NCBI GenBank assembly: GCA_964474825.1
Contig: CAYYWQ010000001.1
Coordinates: forward strand, 1,130,184 to 1,194,183
DNA: 64,000 bases
Source: an uncultured Candidatus Saccharibacteria bacterium
GTDB lineage: Bacteria; Patescibacteriota; Doudnabacteria; UBA920
Direction: 5' to 3'
The notes under the pieces were generated by a model, which had not been told where the DNA came from, made no database searches, and worked only from the letters and a program-made list of their open reading frames with translations. Position numbers and translations under genes: made by a program. Below, in pieces: positions 59,245 to 64,000 of the stretch. Positions within the stretch are counted from its first letter, which is position 1; every line of letters begins with the position of its first letter.

Positions 59245-60273
59245 ATGCTTTTTTCCAAACTGTTTGCCAAAAAAAAATCAATGTTAGGCGTAGATATTGG
59301 CACGGCTAACATTAAGGTGGTCCAAATAGACCAAGCTGAAACTCCTGTTTTGCAGACTTATGGGATTGTAAATACGCCCTATCAACTGGGAGGCAAGAAT
59401 GACGAACAGGCTTTGCCTGAAATGGCCAAACTGCTTAAGACGTTACTGGAAAAAGCAGGGGTAACCACGCGGCGCTGTGTTATTAGTTTTCCCAATATTT
59501 CAGTATTTAGCTCTGTTATAGAGCTGCCCAGCATGTCAGATTCTGAACTGGCCCTTGCCGTTGAGCATGAAGCAAAAAAATATATACCGCTTTCTTTAAC
59601 CGACGTAGATATGGACTGGGTCATGATTTCCAAAGACCCATTGGGCAAGGGGACAATAAAAGTCCTGTTGACAGCTGTGCCTAAGCAAGTGACTAAAAAT
59701 TACCGCCGCTTGTTTGAAATGGCCGGTTTAGAGCATGAAGTAGGGGAAATTGAGGGACTGGCCCTTATTCGCTCTTTAGTCGGGAATGCGCCTACCAACT
59801 GTGTTATAATAGATATAGGAGCAAAGAGTACCGGTTTAAATATTATTGAAAATGGTTATTTAAGGTTAAGCCGTAACCTTAACATTGGCGGCGAAACTAT
59901 TACTGCCAAAATAGCACAAACTCTTAATATTAGCGAAGCTCGAGCTGAACAATTCAAACGGGATTTTGGAGTTAGTGGCAGTACTTTTATCCCAGAAGCA
60001 ATTAGGCCGGTCCTAAATGTGATTAAGACTGAAACCAAACAGTTAGTTACCCTTTACCAGTCCCAAAACAATAAAAAATTAGAAAAAATTATTTTAGTTG
60101 GCGGCGGCGCGAATTTACCGGCAATAACGAGTTTTTTTAGCGACCTGCCGGCTCCTGTGGAATTGGGTAACCCTCTGAGAATTATTAGTTACAGCAAAAA
60201 TTTGTCCGCCGTACTGCAGCGCCATGCCTTAAGTTTGCCTATTGCCATTGGTTTAGCTTTAAGAAACGAATAA
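59245..60273 (+). CDS. pilM: Type IV pilus assembly protein PilM
   Basis: LGVDIGTANIKVV, EAKKYIP, IDIGA, ILVGGGANL, AIGLALR. Confidence 0.93.
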   Translation: MLFSKLFAKKKSMLGVDIGTANIKVVQIDQAETPVLQTYGIVNTPYQLGGKNDEQALPEMAKLLKTLLEKAGVTTRRCVISFPNISVFSSVIELPSMSDSELALAVEHEAKKYIPLSLTDVDMDWVMISKDPLGKGTIKVLLTAVPKQVTKNYRRLFEMAGLEHEVGEIEGLALIRSLVGNAPTNCVIIDIGAKSTGLNIIENGYLRLSRNLNIGGETITAKIAQTLNISEARAEQFKRDFGVSGSTFIPEAIRPVLNVIKTETKQLVTLYQSQNNKKLEKIILVGGGANLPAITSFFSDLPAPVELGNPLRIISYSKNLSAVLQRHALSLPIAIGLALRNE

Positions 60274-60361
60274 CAACATAAACATTTAACAATTAACCTT
60301 TGACATTTGACTGCCAAAAAAGTCATATGTTACATGTCAAAGGTCAAATGTCCCAAAACAC

Positions 60362-60946
60362 GTGGCACAAATAAACCTTTTAAAACAAAAAACCTCAATT
60401 GACAGCGTCTGGCAGATGACTACTTCTGTCTTGGTTAAGCTATTGGCTGTTGCTTTTTTGGCAATGCTCGGATTTTATGGCTGGCAGTTTTATAAAATAA
60501 ATAAAATTGCTGCCCAGGAAATTTCGGACCAGCAGGAAATCAGCACCGCCCAACAGTCGGCCGGTGCGATTACTAACCGTGAAGAGCTTTACACCAGACA
60601 GGCGCAATTATCGGAGCAAAGCGGCTTAATACAGAAACACTTATACTGGTCCCAGTTGTTTCCGGCCTTAGCTAAGGTTACTTTTAAAAAAGCCAGTTAT
60701 ACCGCAATACAACTGACTAAAGAGGGGCAGCTGACACTAAAAGTGACTGTTCCCGATCTATATTCCATAGATAAATTTTTTGACGTTTACAACCAACCGG
60801 AATTCAATGAAAATTTTTATAATTTGCGTATAGGTTCTTTTCAAAAATCCGAGGGGGACGAAAAGGAAGGCTATAGCTTTGACGCCCGGTTTGATTTTAA
60901 CACTGGGTTGTTGCGATATGAGACCAAAGCAGACAAAACCAAATAA
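60362..60946 (+). CDS. pilN: PilN-like protein
   Basis: INLL motif, TM, coiled coil; follows pilM. Confidence 0.8.
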   Translation: MAQINLLKQKTSIDSVWQMTTSVLVKLLAVAFLAMLGFYGWQFYKINKIAAQEISDQQEISTAQQSAGAITNREELYTRQAQLSEQSGLIQKHLYWSQLFPALAKVTFKKASYTAIQLTKEGQLTLKVTVPDLYSIDKFFDVYNQPEFNENFYNLRIGSFQKSEGDEKEGYSFDARFDFNTGLLRYETKADKTK

Positions 60947-60949
60947 CTT

Positions 60950-61579
60950 ATGGACATAAATTTTCAAAATAAACTGCCTAAATTTGAGGCTCCTGTTTCC
61001 ATTAAGGCTTCACGGAACGCCATTACGGAAATAGTTTTGCTATTGATTGTAGCCGGTTTATTTTATTGGTTTTTATTGTCTCCTAAAATGGCGGAAGTTA
61101 AACTCAAACAGGCTGAGGCAGACAAATTTACCGAGCAAAAGCAAAGCATTCAGCAAGACGTGGCTACTTTAAAAAAATTATCTGAAGATCTTAAGGAATC
61201 CGGGGACGACCTTGTCCATTTAGACCAGGCGCTGCCTTTGGAAGAAAGACAGGTTAGGACTCAGCTGCTTTTGGACCAGCTTATTAGGTCGTCGGGTTTG
61301 TTTGTTGGGGACATAAGCGTTAATGACCCCCAGGAAACCGTTGTTGCCGGCAATAAAGCCTTGCTAAAAAATCCCTTTGGCGTGCCCCGTTCCCTGGGCA
61401 TGCTAACTGTTAATGCCAGCGTAAGCGGTAACTTTGACCAGCTTTTGGACTTAATAAAAAAATTGGAAAATTACGGAAGGTTAATGGATATCTCAACGCT
61501 CAATCTGAGCGCTGGTAGCGGCGGTGTTTTGAATATGAAATTAACTTTTACCATGTATTACTTCGGTACTTCAAGCTGA
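60950..61579 (+). CDS. pilO: PilO-like protein
   Basis: TM, coiled coil, ALP, GNFDQLLDLIKKLENYGRLMDI. Confidence 0.85.
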   Translation: MDINFQNKLPKFEAPVSIKASRNAITEIVLLLIVAGLFYWFLLSPKMAEVKLKQAEADKFTEQKQSIQQDVATLKKLSEDLKESGDDLVHLDQALPLEERQVRTQLLLDQLIRSSGLFVGDISVNDPQETVVAGNKALLKNPFGVPRSLGMLTVNASVSGNFDQLLDLIKKLENYGRLMDISTLNLSAGSGGVLNMKLTFTMYYFGTSS

Positions 61580-61623
61580 TTTCTTTCGCAGCAGCCTGTT
61601 TATTTTAAATAAACTTGTACGGT

Positions 61624-61977
61624 ATGGACAAAAAAAAGATTATTCAAATAATTGTAATAATTGCGGCCTTCGGAGGCAGCGGCTTTGTTCTTTATAACGG
61701 CTTGTACAGTTCCAACTCCGGGGGAGCGCCTTTGCCAACCGCCGTGGGTGGAGCACCGCTGGCCGCTTCTCCGGTTGCGGGCGGGTCTGCCAACGCGTTG
61801 TTGCCGTTTGGTAAGACTTTGGATTTTAAGGGGACATTGGATTACAACAGGTTCCAATATGACGCAATTTCTTTCCCTAAGTTAAGCACCAGCACGGAAG
61901 TCGGTATTTATGACCAAGCAAGCCAAACCTACACCCAGCCTTTAATTTATACGCCGGATAGCATACCCGCCCCGTAA
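61624..61977 (+). CDS. Single-TM hypothetical protein in the PilP position
   Basis: N-terminal TM; lies between pilO and pilB. Confidence 0.65.
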   Translation: MDKKKIIQIIVIIAAFGGSGFVLYNGLYSSNSGGAPLPTAVGGAPLAASPVAGGSANALLPFGKTLDFKGTLDYNRFQYDAISFPKLSTSTEVGIYDQASQTYTQPLIYTPDSIPAP

Positions 61978-61992
61978 CTCAAAACTTTAAAT

Positions 61993-63747
61993 ATGGAACC
62001 ACAGCAAAAGACCAATACCACCGAAGGTTTTGAACAGTTCTTAGTTTCCAACGGTTTTATAAAACCGCAGACTTTGGCTGAGGTAAAATCCACTCAAAAA
62101 CCGGGCGACAAGAATTTAGACCAGCAGCTCATAGCTCGCAAGGTCTTGGAAGAAGAAGAATTGGCTAAGGCAAAAGCCGCTTTTTTTAATATTCCCTACG
62201 TTGATTTGCGCCAGACTCAGGTGCCGGTATCAGTACTGACTTTGATACCACAGGAGTCCATGAATTTTTATAAATTCGCGCCGTTTGACCTCCAGGGTCA
62301 GGTTTTAAGGGTAGCGGTTAGCGACCCGGGAAATCTTTCAGGTTTGGAAGCGCTGGAATTTTTGGGTCAAAAACAAAACCTCCAGGTTCAGCTTTATTTG
62401 GCTTCCGAAACTTCCATAGACGTAGTTATTGGTAAAAAACGCAACTTAAAAAAAGTTGTAGGTGAAGCTTTAAAAGATTTCCAGAGCAAGGAAACTTTAG
62501 GGGACAAGAAACCGAATGCCGCGGGGACCTTGGGAGCCAAGCCCGAAGTTTTGGAAGAGGCCCCAATTATTAAAATTGTGGACGTTATAATGTCCAACGC
62601 AATAGAAGGCAATGCTTCCGATATCCATGTGGAGCCCTCGGAAAAAGACGTCCGTGTCCGCTACCGTATTGACGGTATTCTCCATACTTCCCTTATGTTG
62701 CCCAAAAGCATCCATTCTGCCATTATCAGCAGGATTAAAATTTTGTCCAACCTTAAAATTGACGAGTCCCGCTTACCTCAGGACGGCCGTTTCCATATGG
62801 AAGCCGGGAAAAAATCGGTTGACTTGCGCGTGTCAATTTTGCCTTTAATTTACGGCGAAAAAATCGTCATGCGTATTTTGGACAAAACTACTAACGCCCC
62901 GACTTTGGAGCAATTGGGTATTCGCGGCAGGGCGCTTAACTGGATTAAGGAAAATATAAAAAAAACCCACGGTATTTTTTTAATTACCGGACCTACAGGA
63001 AGCGGAAAATCCACCACCCTGTATTCAATTTTGTCTATTTTAAATACGCCGACCGTAAATATTATTACCCTGGAAGACCCGGTGGAATATTTTATTGAAG
63101 GTGTTAACCAGAGTCAAATTAACAGCGATATTGGTTTGACTTTTGCTTCCGGCTTGCGCAGTATTTTGCGCCAAGACCCTAATATTGTCATGGTCGGTGA
63201 AATCCGCGACAAGGAAACAGCGGAAATTGCGGTGCACGCGGCCCTTACCGGACACTTGCTGTTTAGTACTTTACATACTAACAATGCGGTTGGTGCTATG
63301 CCCCGTATGATAGACATGGGCATTGAACCTTTTTTACTTACTGCTTCCGTTAACCTGGTTATGGCCCAACGTTTAGTGAGAAAGGTGTGTCCCGATTGTA
63401 AAAAAGAAACTGAGCTTGCCAAACCGGTAGAAGAAGAGCTAAGAAAAGGCCTAGAAAATATTCCGGAAGATTACTTTGAAGGCTTTGACAAAAATGACTT
63501 AAAGGTTTTTAAGGGCGAAGGTTGTGAAAAGTGTGGGCATACGGGTTATGTGGGTCGTTTTGGTATTTATGAAACCTTGCCCGTAACGCCGGAGATCCAA
63601 GAAATGATTTTAAGTAAATTGTCTACCAAAAAAGTTTACGAAGCCGGTCTTAAGATCGGAATGATTACTATGAAGCAGGACGGAATTATTAAAGTCCTTA
63701 GGGGAGAAACCACCATGGAAGAGGTTATTAGGGTAACAACGGAGTAA
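61993..63747 (+). CDS. pilB: Type IV pilus assembly ATPase PilB/GspE, full length
   Basis: N-terminal domain, ASDIH, PQDGRF, GPTGSGKSTTLY, LRQDP, tetra-Cys, GRFGIYE. Confidence 0.93.
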   Translation: MEPQQKTNTTEGFEQFLVSNGFIKPQTLAEVKSTQKPGDKNLDQQLIARKVLEEEELAKAKAAFFNIPYVDLRQTQVPVSVLTLIPQESMNFYKFAPFDLQGQVLRVAVSDPGNLSGLEALEFLGQKQNLQVQLYLASETSIDVVIGKKRNLKKVVGEALKDFQSKETLGDKKPNAAGTLGAKPEVLEEAPIIKIVDVIMSNAIEGNASDIHVEPSEKDVRVRYRIDGILHTSLMLPKSIHSAIISRIKILSNLKIDESRLPQDGRFHMEAGKKSVDLRVSILPLIYGEKIVMRILDKTTNAPTLEQLGIRGRALNWIKENIKKTHGIFLITGPTGSGKSTTLYSILSILNTPTVNIITLEDPVEYFIEGVNQSQINSDIGLTFASGLRSILRQDPNIVMVGEIRDKETAEIAVHAALTGHLLFSTLHTNNAVGAMPRMIDMGIEPFLLTASVNLVMAQRLVRKVCPDCKKETELAKPVEEELRKGLENIPEDYFEGFDKNDLKVFKGEGCEKCGHTGYVGRFGIYETLPVTPEIQEMILSKLSTKKVYEAGLKIGMITMKQDGIIKVLRGETTMEEVIRVTTE

Positions 63748-63784
63748 GGGAATTGCACAAGATTGCACAAAATTGAACAAAATC

Positions 63785-64000
63785 ATGGCTTATATTTTTA
63801 AACAAAAATTTGATATCCGGGAACTTACAGGACAGCCAAAAGCTGTTAAAAGGGTTATGGTATTTGAACCGGAAATCGACCTTTGCGGGTTGTACGCTTA
63901 CCATATAAGCGCCGCGGATTATTTTGTTAAGTCTTGCAGTAACAGTGGTGTGTTCATCAATCATTTGCAAGAATTTTTACCCCACTTACTTTTAGTTAAC
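63785..64000 (+). CDS. Partial CDS, atypical receiver-like domain (runs off the window)
   Basis: MAYIFKQ..KRVMVFEPEIDLCGLY..FLPHLLLVN, open to the edge. Confidence 0.5.
   Translation, partial: MAYIFKQKFDIRELTGQPKAVKRVMVFEPEIDLCGLYAYHISAADYFVKSCSNSGVFINHLQEFLPHLLLVN

Overview
Chromosomal segment of a small-genome bacterium, most likely Patescibacteria/CPR (inferred from the divergent 16S, the stand-alone rRNA gene and the gene repertoire; Doudnabacteria-like is a tentative guess). It uses the standard code, with TGA as stop. Housekeeping genes: HAD-IIB hydrolase, trpS, rnj, secG, uvrC, uvrA, purA, guaB, guaA. RNA genes: a lone 16S rRNA and tRNA-Leu/Ala/Ile. There are two type IV pilus loci, a glycan locus (GT2, three GT-B enzymes, sulfotransferase, methyltransferase, Wzm/Wzt, polytopic membrane protein) and several secreted proteins. 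Most notable: (1) a 2893-aa membrane-anchored fibre protein with an S74 chaperone, whose Gly-rich half-repeats fall in a perfectly balanced nested order (AABBAAAAABBABBABBB) inside a split jelly-roll domain, which implies a branched, tree-shaped protein; (2) a 259-aa HxGH-nucleotidyltransferase/APS-kinase fusion in the same locus as a sulfotransferase, a candidate minimal PAPS synthase for a sulfated surface glycan; (3) a variant c-di-GMP-II-like riboswitch overlapping a terminator ahead of a surface protein; (4) leaderless housekeeping genes alongside SD-led ORFan cassettes. All calls come from reading motifs by eye; no database search or folding was run.
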